From NCBI GenBank assembly GCA_009886115.1, contig VFJJ01000111.1, positions 62,001 through 107,092 on the forward strand: DNA of 45,092 bases. The letters are read 5' to 3'. Each line of letters begins with the position of its first letter. Position 1 is the first letter of the stretch. The notes below the pieces were generated by a model, which saw only the letters and a list, made by a program, of their open reading frames with translations, made no database searches and was not told the DNA's origin. The stretch comes from Actinomycetota bacterium (GTDB taxonomy: Bacteria > Actinomycetota > Acidimicrobiia > IMCC26256 > VFJJ01). The translations under genes were made by a program, and so were the position numbers. This document shows, one piece after another, positions 29,012 through 38,522 of this stretch.

Positions 29012-29936
29012 GCCACTCCGCCCAGCCCAGGCCCGTTCCGGCCGGGGTGTCGAACCGGCACAGCGCTCGATCGAGCCGAGACGGTCGCGCCGTCGGGTCG
29101 TCGGGACGGCCGAGGACGATCGGAGCCACCGCCAACACGGTGGCGTGGATCGACGTGTCGTCCTCGACCTGGTAGTGCACCGAGACCGGGAGGTCGTTGG
29201 CGTCGTGGCGGGTGGCCACGGTGAAGCGTCGGATCGGGTGCGGATCGCCGTCGGCGTCGGCCACGTACCCGGAGGCGTACTCGATCCCTGGTTGCAGTGG
29301 ACGAGCCAGCGCCCGGCTCCACTCGTCGCTGCGCTGGAACGCAGCCCAGTGCCACGGTTGACGCCACCAGTTCCGCGAGCCCCACGAGTGGTCGCGCTCG
29401 CCCGTGCCGTCGACGACGAAGGCGTTGGCCCCCACGATGATCTCGCCGTGCACCCGTCCGGCGTGCTGGTAGTGGCCCCGCGATTGCGCGGCCCTGCCCG
29501 CCGCGTGCGGGTGCTCGTACGACGGGCCGAAGGCCTCCCACTCGAGGTCGACACCGACCGGGCGCCGATCGCCGAGCTCTCCATCGGGACGGAGCGCATC
29601 GGCCGGGCCGTCGAGCACCAACCCGAACGCCTCCATGGCCAGGCTCCAGTGCACCATCGGGGTCTCGCAGGTGAGCTCGCCCCAGAGCCCGTCGGCCCGG
29701 ACTTCGAGCGACTCGGGCCGATGAGGCAGCGGAACCTCGTGGTCTCGCACGACCACGAGACCCTCGGGCGTGATCAGGTACGCCCACCACCACGCCACAC
29801 CCAGGTTCGGGTACAGGGCCAGCCGAACGAACCCACCGATCCCGTCGTCCTGGGAGAAGTCGACGTACCACGACTCCTCCCAGAGGGGATGGATCGCCGG
29901 ATCGTGACGCCGTTCGAGGGTTCGGTCGTCGGTCAT
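29001..29936 (-). CDS. Hypothetical beta-rich protein (resembles actinobacterial tocopherol-cyclase/AttH-like fold proteins)
   Basis: WEESWYVDF, HYQHAGRVHGEI, GERDHSWGSRNWW, GLGWAEW. ATGA-coupled to the upstream cyclase. Confidence 0.75.
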   Translation of the reverse strand: MTDDRTLERRHDPAIHPLWEESWYVDFSQDDGIGGFVRLALYPNLGVAWWWAYLITPEGLVVVRDHEVPLPHRPESLEVRADGLWGELTCETPMVHWSLAMEAFGLVLDGPADALRPDGELGDRRPVGVDLEWEAFGPSYEHPHAAGRAAQSRGHYQHAGRVHGEIIVGANAFVVDGTGERDHSWGSRNWWRQPWHWAAFQRSDEWSRALARPLQPGIEYASGYVADADGDPHPIRRFTVATRHDANDLPVSVHYQVEDDTSIHATVLAVAPIVLGRPDDPTARPSRLDRALCRFDTPAGTGLGWAEWLSV

Positions 29937-32900
29937 GACCCCGGAGCCTGCACCCGTCCCCCTTCGAGCGCCAGCGAGAACGCCCGCTCCCACCCGGCAG
30001 CGCTGAGGCCGACACCGGCGAGTCGGGTACGGGCGTAGACCAGGTGATCGTCGGCGTCGGGTGCGCCGAGCGAAGCCAGGGCGAGCCCATAGGCCAGGGA
30101 CACGAGCGCCTGGTCGAGCCGGTCGTCGGTGGCGTCGACGACCGCCTGGGCCTGACCGAATCGTTCTGTGCACCGGGCCCGGTCGCCCCTGACCGCAGCG
30201 ACGAGCCCCTCCACCACGGTCATCCGCGCCCGGTCGAGGAACGTCCCGACATCGAGCGCGGCAGCCTCGGCCAGGAGCTCGTCGACGCGTGCGAGCTCAC
30301 CGGCTGCGGTGAGGACGAGCGCCCGGGCACCCAGCGACGCGGCGCGCACACTCTCGTTGGCCGTTGACGGGTCCAGGGCCTTGGCCACCTCGGACTCGAG
30401 CGTGACGGCGGCATCGAGCCGACCCGACTGGAGCAGCGCGTACAGCTCGAAGCTGTCGGCCTCCATCCCCGGCTCCCAGAACTGCTCGGGCCCAATGGCT
30501 CGTCCCGTGGCGATGGCCTCGAGCGCCCGTTCGGGATCGCCGACATGCATGTGCGTGGCCGCGGCGACCAACACGGTGAAGACCCGGAGGTCGGCGAGAC
30601 CCTCTGCCTCCGCCAGCAGCTCCCCGAGCGCCCGCTGCCCGTCGGACGAACGACCGCACATCGTCAGCGACCGCACGAGCACCGCCAGGGCCTGGGTGCG
30701 ACCCCAGCGATCGTCGATCGCGTCGAAGCCGCGACGGGCGTCCTCGGCCAAGTCCACCGCCTGCTCGACCTCTCCCCGCCACAGGCTCAGCGAGGCCTTC
30801 AGGACAGTCATCATGGCCGCGGCCCATCGATCGCCCGACTCGCGCAGGTGGGGCATGAGCCGCTCGCACAGCTCCTCCGCCTCGTCGAGGCGACCCTGGT
30901 AGAAGCGCACCCAGGCCAGCATCCCCAGCGCCCAGCCGAAGCCGTACCAGTCGCCGATCTCGGCGAAGAGCGCAGCCGACTCGTCGAGCCAGCCTTCGGA
31001 CTCCGAGGTGTCGCCCTTGAGGAAGCCCAGCCACGTCAAGTTCTGCAGCGCCCAGGCAATGCCGCGGCGGTCGCCGAGCGCACGGCTGATCTCGAGGGCT
31101 TCCCTGATCGAGAGCTCGGCGTCGATCGAATGTCCCGAGAACATCAGGGTCATGCCGCGATTTCGCAGCGCCTCGGCCAGCCCGGCGTCGTCGCCGGTGT
31201 CACGCCAGAGACCGATGGCCGCGTCGAGCAACTCGAGGGCTTCGTCGGTGTGGAGGTCGCGGCGAGCGAGCTCGCCCTGCGCGGTGAGCACCGCAGCCAA
31301 CGAGCGCGGATCGCCGGACGCCTCGCATCGGGCCCGGGCCTCCTCGAGGTCGACACGGGCGGCCGCCGACTGGCCCAGGGCCGTGAGCGCCTTGCCGCGG
31401 CGCAACAGCACACCGGCGCGGTGGGGGTTGTCGAGGTCCATCAGCCGGAGCGCCTGATCGAGCACGGGCATCGCGGCCATGACGTCGTCGCGGTCGGAGG
31501 TGTATGCAGAGGCTCGTCGGAACGCGTCGCTGGACAGCTCCCGGAGGCCCGTGAGCCCGTCAACCCCGCCCAGCTCCCGGACCAGCTCGGCCGCTGTGCC
31601 GTAGTGATGAGCCATCGGGAGGATCACATCGTCGTCCCGCCCCGCGGCCGCGGCCCGTTCGGCGAGATGCGCTCCGACATGGGAGTGGCGCCGGGCGCGG
31701 TCGGCCTTCGTCAAGGTCTCGTAGGCGACATCACGAACCAGATCGGACCGGAAGCGGAACTCGGGCCCGTCGACGACGAGCAACTCGCGTCGAGCCAGCC
31801 GATCGAGCACGCCCGTCACGTCGAGCTGGCCGCGCGCTCGGCCCAGCGCCACCAGGGCGGCCAGGTCGCCGTGGGCTCCGACCACGGCGGCGTCGTCGAG
31901 CACGTCGCGCTCGAGCCGGCCAAGACCGTCGATGCGGGCCGTCACCAGTCCCCGGAGGGTCGCGGGCAGGTTGGTGAGCCCACGCGCCGCGGCGACGTCG
32001 CCCCGGGCGACGGCCTCGATGAGGCCGGCGTCGTCGAGCAGCCCGACGACCTCCTCGAGGAAGAACGGGTTCCCTCCCGTTCGTTCGAGCATCAGCTCGA
32101 CGAGCTCGGGGACGGGCTCGCGCCCCAGGAGCCCGGTGAGCAGCGCGGCCACTCCCTGCCGGTCGAGGGGGTCGAGCTGGAGCGCGATCACGTTGGCGCG
32201 CCCTGGGGTGGGCGTCCACCGCTCCTTCAGCCCGGGCCGCGAGGTCGCCACGAAGGCGAAGGGATACGACCCCAAGCGCTCGAACAGGCGGTCGAGGAAC
32301 TCGAGGACGACCTCGTCGGCCCAGTGCAGCTCGCAGAGCACGATCGTGAGCGGCCACTGGCTCGCCATCGCCTCGTAGAACGTGAGCGCGGCTCGCGAGG
32401 CCTCGCTGCGCGCCCGAGCCGGCTCGAGGTCGGCCAACGAGGCGTGGTCGCCGACGAGGTACTTGAGCCCGGGGACGAGCGAGGCGACCGCCGGGTCGTC
32501 GGCCGGCTCGCCCAACGACGCGACGACGGCCTCGCGCACCTTGCGGTCGACGACGTCGGGATCGTCGCCGGGTCCCACACCGCAGGCCTGACGGATCGTC
32601 TCGGCGATGGGCCACCACCCGGTGGCCTCGCCGTAGGGCACACACCGCCCCACGAGGACCGTCGAACCATGCTCCAATGCGGCGATCTCGGCCAGCTCCT
32701 CGGCGACGCGCTGCTTGCCCAGACCGGCGTCTCCCGTGAGCAATGCCAGCATGGCCCTCCGGTGCCGGAACGACAGCGTCAAGGAGTGTCGGAGCACGTC
32801 CATCTCGGACTCGCGGCCGACGAGCGGAGCCGCGCTGCGTCGAGGGCGGTATCCGGGCAGGGCCGTGACCTCGAGCGCCACGAACGTGGCCAGGCGCTCA

Positions 32901-33490
32901 TCGCGACCCCGCAGGGCGAGCGGGCCGAGGGTCTCGTAGCGGATCACGTCGCGCGTGGCGGCCTCGGTCGGCGCCCCCACGAGCACCTGTCCGGGGCGGG
33001 CCATCGTCTGCAGGCGACTCGCCGTGTTCACGACGTCGCCCATGGCGGTGTAGTCGGCGCCCGCCCGAATGGCCCCCATCAGCACCTCACCGGTGTTGAC
33101 GCCGATCCGAACCTCGATCGGCACCCGCACCTCGGTGGCCAGATCGGCGACCGAGCCCTGCATCTGCAGGGCCGCCCGGACCGCCCGCTCGGCGTCGTCT
33201 TCGTGCGCCACGGGCGCGCCGAAGACCGCCAAGATGCCGTCACCCATGACCTTGTCGACCCGTCCGCCAAAGGTGTGGACGTCGGCTGCGAGACGATCGA
33301 AGCACACATCGACCAGGTTCTTGACCGCCTCGGGGTCGCGGCCCTCGCTGAAGCCGGTGAAGCCCACGATGTCGGCGAACACGACCGATACCACCCGTCG
33401 CTCGTCGCCCCGGAGATCGAGACGACCACCGCAGGTCGGGCAGAACCGCGCACCCTCGGGCGCCGGCGACGAGCACGACGGACACGACAC
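29933..33490 (-). CDS. Adenylate/guanylate cyclase with N-terminal zinc ribbon, STAND/AAA_16 NTPase and TPR-like repeats
   Basis: CPSC...CPTCG, FADIVGFT, KVMGDG, RIGVNTGEV, YTAMGDVVNTASRLQ, LVGRESE, GDAGLGKQ, LHWAD, GGNPFFLEE and helical repeats. TAGAGT -10 sits 6 nt before GTG 33490. Confidence 0.92.
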   Translation of the reverse strand: MSCPSCSSPAPEGARFCPTCGGRLDLRGDERRVVSVVFADIVGFTGFSEGRDPEAVKNLVDVCFDRLAADVHTFGGRVDKVMGDGILAVFGAPVAHEDDAERAVRAALQMQGSVADLATEVRVPIEVRIGVNTGEVLMGAIRAGADYTAMGDVVNTASRLQTMARPGQVLVGAPTEAATRDVIRYETLGPLALRGRDERLATFVALEVTALPGYRPRRSAAPLVGRESEMDVLRHSLTLSFRHRRAMLALLTGDAGLGKQRVAEELAEIAALEHGSTVLVGRCVPYGEATGWWPIAETIRQACGVGPGDDPDVVDRKVREAVVASLGEPADDPAVASLVPGLKYLVGDHASLADLEPARARSEASRAALTFYEAMASQWPLTIVLCELHWADEVVLEFLDRLFERLGSYPFAFVATSRPGLKERWTPTPGRANVIALQLDPLDRQGVAALLTGLLGREPVPELVELMLERTGGNPFFLEEVVGLLDDAGLIEAVARGDVAAARGLTNLPATLRGLVTARIDGLGRLERDVLDDAAVVGAHGDLAALVALGRARGQLDVTGVLDRLARRELLVVDGPEFRFRSDLVRDVAYETLTKADRARRHSHVGAHLAERAAAAGRDDDVILPMAHHYGTAAELVRELGGVDGLTGLRELSSDAFRRASAYTSDRDDVMAAMPVLDQALRLMDLDNPHRAGVLLRRGKALTALGQSAAARVDLEEARARCEASGDPRSLAAVLTAQGELARRDLHTDEALELLDAAIGLWRDTGDDAGLAEALRNRGMTLMFSGHSIDAELSIREALEISRALGDRRGIAWALQNLTWLGFLKGDTSESEGWLDESAALFAEIGDWYGFGWALGMLAWVRFYQGRLDEAEELCERLMPHLRESGDRWAAAMMTVLKASLSLWRGEVEQAVDLAEDARRGFDAIDDRWGRTQALAVLVRSLTMCGRSSDGQRALGELLAEAEGLADLRVFTVLVAAATHMHVGDPERALEAIATGRAIGPEQFWEPGMEADSFELYALLQSGRLDAAVTLESEVAKALDPSTANESVRAASLGARALVLTAAGELARVDELLAEAAALDVGTFLDRARMTVVEGLVAAVRGDRARCTERFGQAQAVVDATDDRLDQALVSLAYGLALASLGAPDADDHLVYARTRLAGVGLSAAGWERAFSLALEGGRVQAPGS

Positions 33491-33653
33491 GACGCAACTC
33501 TACGCAGCACGCCCTCGCCCAGAACGGCCGAAACGCCACGAGCGTGATCGGCCACGGTGCGCGAGTCGCCCAAGGATGGGCTCGGCGAGCCGTGAGGACA
33601 CCAATCGCGTCCACGCCACGCTCGTGACCGAGCCTGCGTGGGAGCATCTCCCG

Positions 33654-35282
33654 ATGGCCATGCACCGCCGTGAGCGCGGTTCTCGTGTCGGGTCCGGTCG
33701 GGTCCGGTCCATCCGGCAGGCGCGTCGGCTCATCGCGCTCGCAGTGGGCCATCCCCCGGCCCGTCGGCTCGTGCTCACCCATGCACTCGACGACCTCGCC
33801 GACGCGCTGGTCACGCTCTCGTTGGCCGGCTCGCTGTTCTTCAGCCTGTCGCTCGAAGCGTCGCGGAGCCGCATCCTCTTGTACCTCGTGCTGACCCTGG
33901 CGCCGCTGGCCGGCATCGCCCCCGTGTTCGGGGTGGTCGTCGAGCGCACGCGAGCCGGCTACCGCACGATCATCGTGGCCTCCCACATCACCCGGGCGGT
34001 CTTGGCGCTGACGCTCGTCGGCTCCCTACGGTCGCTGGCGTTCTATCCGCTCACCTTCGGGATCCTCTTGAGCCGCAAGGGGTATTCGATCGCCAAGACC
34101 GCGATCGTCGGCCAGCTGATCGGCGACGCAGACGATCTGGTGAGAACCAATGCCCGCCTGTCGCGCGTCGGAACGATCGGTGGCGCCATCGGCCTCGCGA
34201 TCGGAGGAGCACTGCTCGCCTCCGGCGATGCCCGTTCGCTCCTCCTGGTGGCTGGTGCGGTCTACATCGGCGCCGCCCTGTGCGCGCTGCGGGTACCAGT
34301 GCTCGACACGCGCCCGGAGCTCGATGCCGTGGCCGCGCAGGCAGAGACGCCGATCGCCCCCGCGGTACGCATGGCGACGAGTGCCGCCGCCGTCACCAAA
34401 GCCGCAGTGGGAGCGATCACCTTCCTTCTGGCCTTCGCCCTCAAGCGAGAAGGCGCCGACAAGTGGGTGTTCGCCGCGGCCATCGTCGCCGGTGGCGTCG
34501 GCGGTTTCCTCGGGACCTTCCTCGCCCCGATCCTCCATCGCGTGCTCAGCGAGGACCGCATGATCGTGCTGGCACTCACCGTCCCGGGCATCGTGACCAC
34601 GCTGGGGGTGCTCACCGCCGGTCCGTTCGCCACCATCGCCATGGCCACCACGGTCGGCGTGGGTGCCAGTGTCGCGTCGCGAGCGGTCGAGTCGCTCTAC
34701 GGTCGCAGCGTCTCCACACTGGCTCGAGGGCGCATCGTCGCTCGGAGCGAGCTCCAGTTCCAGACGGCTCAGATCATCGGCGCCGCCTTCCCGGTGATCG
34801 CGGCGCCCGGCACCCGGGTCGGATTTGCTGTGGTCGCCGGCGTCTTGCTGGTCGGTGGCTTCGCGTATGGAGCCCGGGTGCGGGTCTCGTTCCGGGTCGA
34901 GGCGGGACGTGCGCTGCTCGGCGATCCCGGCCCGGCCCGGCATCTGGCCCTGCCGTGGGCGCTCATGCGCGAAGCCGAGCATCTGGCCGGCCTGGGTGCC
35001 GATCGCATGGCCGTCGTCGTGGCGGCCAGTGCCGTTCGCGTGCTCGAAGAACGCGGTCAGCTGCACGCTGGGAGCCCGACCGCCACGGCATGGGCGCGCC
35101 ACCAGGTCGAGGTTCAGGCGGTGATTCGAGCCGACACGATGCCGGAGCGGGCGGTGACCCTGGCCCTGCTCGGCGCCGCCCGCGCGACGATCGAGTCGAT
35201 CATGACGGGCGTCGCTCGCCCCGAGCGCACGAGGTACACCGCGGACGCCGAGCACCCTGAGATGCCGGGGTGTCCGGGGTAG
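33654..35282 (+). CDS. MFS-type membrane protein with C-terminal soluble extension
   Basis: HALDDLADALVTLSLAGSLFF, RILLYLVLTLAPLA, LSRKGYSIAK and NARLSR, with many hydrophobic segments. Start ATG 33654 (GGAG SD). Confidence 0.8.
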   Translation: MAMHRRERGSRVGSGRVRSIRQARRLIALAVGHPPARRLVLTHALDDLADALVTLSLAGSLFFSLSLEASRSRILLYLVLTLAPLAGIAPVFGVVVERTRAGYRTIIVASHITRAVLALTLVGSLRSLAFYPLTFGILLSRKGYSIAKTAIVGQLIGDADDLVRTNARLSRVGTIGGAIGLAIGGALLASGDARSLLLVAGAVYIGAALCALRVPVLDTRPELDAVAAQAETPIAPAVRMATSAAAVTKAAVGAITFLLAFALKREGADKWVFAAAIVAGGVGGFLGTFLAPILHRVLSEDRMIVLALTVPGIVTTLGVLTAGPFATIAMATTVGVGASVASRAVESLYGRSVSTLARGRIVARSELQFQTAQIIGAAFPVIAAPGTRVGFAVVAGVLLVGGFAYGARVRVSFRVEAGRALLGDPGPARHLALPWALMREAEHLAGLGADRMAVVVAASAVRVLEERGQLHAGSPTATAWARHQVEVQAVIRADTMPERAVTLALLGAARATIESIMTGVARPERTRYTADAEHPEMPGCPG

Positions 35283-35345
35283 CCAGGGTACGGGGTGGTG
35301 GGGTAGCCGGGGTCGGCTGGCGTCGGCTGGCGTCGGCTGGGGTTG
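35267..35345 (+). repeat. G-tract cluster followed by a 10-bp tandem repeat
   Basis: GGGG-TGTCC-GGGG-TAGCCA-GGG-TAC-GGGG-TGGT-GGGG-TAGCC-GGGG, then about 3 copies of GTCGGCTGGC. Confidence 0.7.
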
Positions 35346-35386
35346 GCTGACGGCTCAGGTGATCGGATGGTGCGCGCCGACGAGGT

Positions 35387-35896
35387 TCACCCGGGCTCGG
35401 TGTCCGGGAGCCCGACGACGCTCCACTCGGCACCGTTCGCCTGAAGCTTGAAGCGGATCGACTCGAACGCCTCGACACCAACGACGTAGCGGTCGACGTC
35501 GAGCGTCACCTGAGACCCCTCCTCGAAAACGGGGTCGAAGCGCAGCAGGAGCCCGTCGTCACGCACGACGACCCGATCGTCGATCTCGGTGAGGGCCTCG
35601 GCGCGCTCGTCGATGAACCGAACGGAGGCCACGTCGTCGACCGCCCCGATGAGCGCGGCTTCGACCTTCACCCCGAAGCCCGCGCCTTCACCGCGTGCCT
35701 CCACGAACACCACGTGCGGGTCGGCTCCATCGGGGACCGGACCGACCAGCCAGCGCACCACCGCCTCGTACACGGCGCCGGCACGAGCCTCGGCGTCGTT
35801 CGCCTCGTCGAGGGAGCAGCCCCCCACCACACCAGCGATACCGGCCACGCCGATCACTCCGACGAGCAGGCACCAGCGCGCGAGTCGATCGACCAT
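35387..35896 (-). CDS. Putative lipoprotein, hypothetical
   Basis: Signal peptide ending VVGGC. TAGGGT -10 lies 8 nt upstream of the ATG. Confidence 0.7.
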   Translation of the reverse strand: MVDRLARWCLLVGVIGVAGIAGVVGGCSLDEANDAEARAGAVYEAVVRWLVGPVPDGADPHVVFVEARGEGAGFGVKVEAALIGAVDDVASVRFIDERAEALTEIDDRVVVRDDGLLLRFDPVFEEGSQVTLDVDRYVVGVEAFESIRFKLQANGAEWSVVGLPDTEPG

Positions 35897-35976
35897 CGAA
35901 CGGCACCCTACCGGCTGGTTCCGCAGCCGACCCAGAACACGCGTCGCCTACCGTGGACGGAGCGGTCTTGGTCGCT

Positions 35977-36076
35977 CGGTCGGCTCGTGGTTGGTCGGTT
36001 GGTCGGTCCGGCTCGGTCCGGCTCGGTTGGTCGGTCCGGCTCGGTCCGAAGGTCCGAAGGTCCGGCTCGGTCCGAA
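35977..36076. repeat. Low-complexity GGTCGG/GGTCCGGCTC microrepeat tract
   Basis: Repeated GGTTGGTC, GGTCCGGCTC and GGTCCGAA units. Confidence 0.7.
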
Positions 36077-36098
36077 GCGACGACGGGATCCGACGAGC

Positions 36099-36680
36099 AT
36101 GCCGTCGGAGAAGGGTGCCAGCGTGCGAGGCGACGATGATCGAGATCCACGGGACCGAGCGGGCGAACGTCAGGCTCGAGCCGGCCTGGACGCGTCGGGT
36201 TCGAGCGGGCCCGTGACGTTTCTCTCCAGCGAGTGGCTGGCCGCGTTGCACAGCGCGGCCAACGAGGACCCCGGGGTCCGCGACGCGGTCGCAGCTCCGA
36301 GACCCGGCGGTCGAGAACCCGACACCGGGGGCGTCGACGAGACCATCGTGCTGCGGCAGTCGATCACCGGATGCCCACCCGACGACCGTCTGGTCGAATA
36401 CCAGCTCGAGCTGACCGACAAGGGCGCCACGGTCGGCGCCGTCGATCGGGGACGGCCGGCCGACGTGACGTTCCGGCTCGACCATGGCGCGGCCTGGGCG
36501 GTGTTCAGCGGCGAGGCCAACGCCCAGATGCTCCTCATCGAAGGCCGGCTCACGGTCGACGGCGATGTCGGGGCTCTGGGTCGGAGGTCGGCCGTGTTCA
36601 GCGCGCTCGGCGACGCGTTCGCCAGCGTGCGCACGGTCACCGTGCGAGCCGATCGAGCGGCCAACAGCGAGCTGCGGTGA
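36099..36680 (+). CDS. SCP2 sterol/lipid-binding domain protein
   Basis: TFLSSEWLAAL...ADVTFRLD...AVFSGEANAQMLLIEGRLTVDGDV. Start uncertain (36099, 36123 or 36213). Confidence 0.8.
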   Translation: MPSEKGASVRGDDDRDPRDRAGERQARAGLDASGSSGPVTFLSSEWLAALHSAANEDPGVRDAVAAPRPGGREPDTGGVDETIVLRQSITGCPPDDRLVEYQLELTDKGATVGAVDRGRPADVTFRLDHGAAWAVFSGEANAQMLLIEGRLTVDGDVGALGRRSAVFSALGDAFASVRTVTVRADRAANSELR

Positions 36681-37603
36681 GCGCGCTGTCGAACGTCGAG
36701 GTCGACGGTCTGCCGCTGCACGCCGAGGAGTGGACTCCCGGCGCCGGTGTCGCGCCAGGGACGGCGCCCGTCGTGCTGGTGCACGGCTTGGGTGCTTCGA
36801 CGGTGACGTGGCGTACCGCGGGTCCGGCTTTGGCCGAGAGGTCGGGGCGGCGGGTGCTCGCCGTCGACCTCCCCGGCTTCGGGGCGAGTCGAGCGCACGG
36901 GCGGGCCTCCACCTTCGATGCCAACGGCGAGCTCCTCGCTCGGCTGCTCGGTGACCTCGGGCCATGCGTTGTGATCGGCAACTCGATGGGAGCCTGCCTC
37001 GGCGTGCGGCTGGCGGCGCGCCATCCCGAGCTGGTGGGCCATCTGGTGTTGGTGAACGCGGCGTACCCGTACGAACCGGGATCGTCCCGGTTGGGTTGGG
37101 TGGGTGACAGGCTGAACCGGGGCCTGTTCGCCGCGTTCATGGGACCGGCGCTCATCCCCCATGTCGGCGCTCGCATCGTGGCAACCCGCGCCAGACGGCG
37201 GGGAGCCGAACGCATCGTCGAGGCCGGGTTGCGTAACACCTTCGCCGATCCGAGCCGGGTCGATCCGGCCGTGCGCGCTGCACTCATCGAGGGAACCCGA
37301 GATCGTCTCACCTGGCCGGAAGCCCCTGTGGCGTATGCCGATGCGGCCCGAACGCTGTTCGGCTACCTCACCCGCCCGAACGGCTCGGGACTGACGCCGA
37401 TGAGCGCCGACATGGCCGCCGTCTCCTGCCCGACACTGGTGCTTCACGGCCGGCGAGACCGGCTCGTGCGCCACCAATGGGCCCGGGCCCACACCGAGCA
37501 CCGTCTCGGATGGACGTTCGGGTTCCTTCAAGAGGGCGCCCACGTGCCCCAGATGGAGCACCCCGAGTGGTTCCTCGAGACCGTCATCAGCTGGTTGGTC
37601 TGA
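36677..37603 (+). CDS. Alpha/beta-fold hydrolase
   Basis: VLVHGLG, AVDLPGFG, GNSMG nucleophile, HGRRDRLV, GAHVPQME. GTGA overlap with the SCP2 gene. Confidence 0.92.
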   Translation: MSALSNVEVDGLPLHAEEWTPGAGVAPGTAPVVLVHGLGASTVTWRTAGPALAERSGRRVLAVDLPGFGASRAHGRASTFDANGELLARLLGDLGPCVVIGNSMGACLGVRLAARHPELVGHLVLVNAAYPYEPGSSRLGWVGDRLNRGLFAAFMGPALIPHVGARIVATRARRRGAERIVEAGLRNTFADPSRVDPAVRAALIEGTRDRLTWPEAPVAYADAARTLFGYLTRPNGSGLTPMSADMAAVSCPTLVLHGRRDRLVRHQWARAHTEHRLGWTFGFLQEGAHVPQMEHPEWFLETVISWLV

Positions 37604-37610
37604 GCCTCAG

Positions 37611-37659
37611 GTTCTTTGCGTCCACGAACGCTCCTGGGGTGAGCGGGGACGCAAAGAAC
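37611..37659. terminator. Imperfect long hairpin between convergent genes
   Basis: GTTCTTTGCGTCC...CGCTC...GAGCG...GGACGCAAAGAAC (13-bp perfect outer arms). Confidence 0.6.
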
Positions 37660-37674
37660 GGGGACGCGAGACGT

Positions 37675-38436
37675 TCAGGCCACTTCGAGCAGCACGGGTG
37701 AGGTGATCGGCGTCGAGCTCGTGGCCGGGGCGATCGCGCTGTGGACGGTGACCACCTGGCCGCCGATCGTCGTCACGTATTCGATGGCCGAGAGGAGGCC
37801 GTTCGACACGGTGATCTCGACCGTGAGCGGATCACCATCCGACAGGCCCAGAGCCGACGGCGCGTACGAGGCCGTGAGCACCGCTCCGTTGGGCCCAAGG
37901 CTCTCGACGGTCCCCACGCTGATCGGGGCGCTGAGACCGGCCAGGGGCCCCGTACTGGCTCCGACGACCGGCTCGGTCAACACACTCCACTCTTCACCGA
38001 TCGAGCGCACGAAGCGCCCGTCGACCGATGCCACGTACTCGAGCGACCCGGCGTTGCTCTCGATCGTGGCCGCCACCGCCAGGCCAACGGCCCGTCCGCC
38101 GATGCGGGTCGCTTCGAGCCCGTTGACATCGACCACGGTCGTGAAGTCGTAGGAGACCGATGTGGTCGCCAGGCTCTGGGCCAGGAGTTGCTTGGGATCG
38201 ATGATCGTCGCCGTCGTGGCCGTCGGCGCCGTCCCCGTCACACCGGCACCAGCCGCCGCCGAGGTGGCTGCCGCCGATCCGTCGGTGCCCGGCTCGGCCT
38301 TGGCGGCGTCCGAGCCGCCGGAGCACCCGCTCACCCCGCCCACCGTGAGGGCGAGCAGCAACCCCGAGAGGGCCCATGGGGTTCGGCGCAGGCGAGGGTG
38401 GCTGCGGTGGGTACTCATCGGCTCCGGCTTCATCAT
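37675..38436 (-). CDS. Putative lipoprotein, hypothetical
   Basis: Basic N-terminus, hydrophobic stretch, VSGC lipobox, Ala/Thr linker and a beta-rich domain. Start could be 38436 or 38418. Confidence 0.75.
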   Translation of the reverse strand: MMKPEPMSTHRSHPRLRRTPWALSGLLLALTVGGVSGCSGGSDAAKAEPGTDGSAAATSAAAGAGVTGTAPTATTATIIDPKQLLAQSLATTSVSYDFTTVVDVNGLEATRIGGRAVGLAVAATIESNAGSLEYVASVDGRFVRSIGEEWSVLTEPVVGASTGPLAGLSAPISVGTVESLGPNGAVLTASYAPSALGLSDGDPLTVEITVSNGLLSAIEYVTTIGGQVVTVHSAIAPATSSTPITSPVLLEVA

Positions 38437-38462
38437 GCGCTCCCAGCGGTGTGATGGTGATC

Positions 38463-38502
38463 GGTGAACGGGCCGACCTCGAGCGAGGCCGGCCCGTTCA
38501 CC
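38463..38502 (-). terminator. Hairpin downstream of the 38523-39731 gene
   Basis: Minus strand GGTGAACGGGCCG-G-CCTCG-CT-CGAGG-T-CGGCCCGTTCACC (about 18-bp stem). Confidence 0.6.
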
Positions 38503-38522
38503 TGACTACAGGGTGGTCGGGC

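Noticed and set aside
30545..33547. Long antisense ORFs (this 1000-aa one, and 27035-29599, 39953-42784, 19199-21049, 4-633)
   Set aside because: Shadow frames of motif-bearing genes on the opposite strand, as expected at high GC. They show no recognisable domains.
35977..36076. Repeat tracts as a CRISPR array
   Set aside because: Units are short and contiguous with no unique spacers; the same holds for the other tandem repeats.
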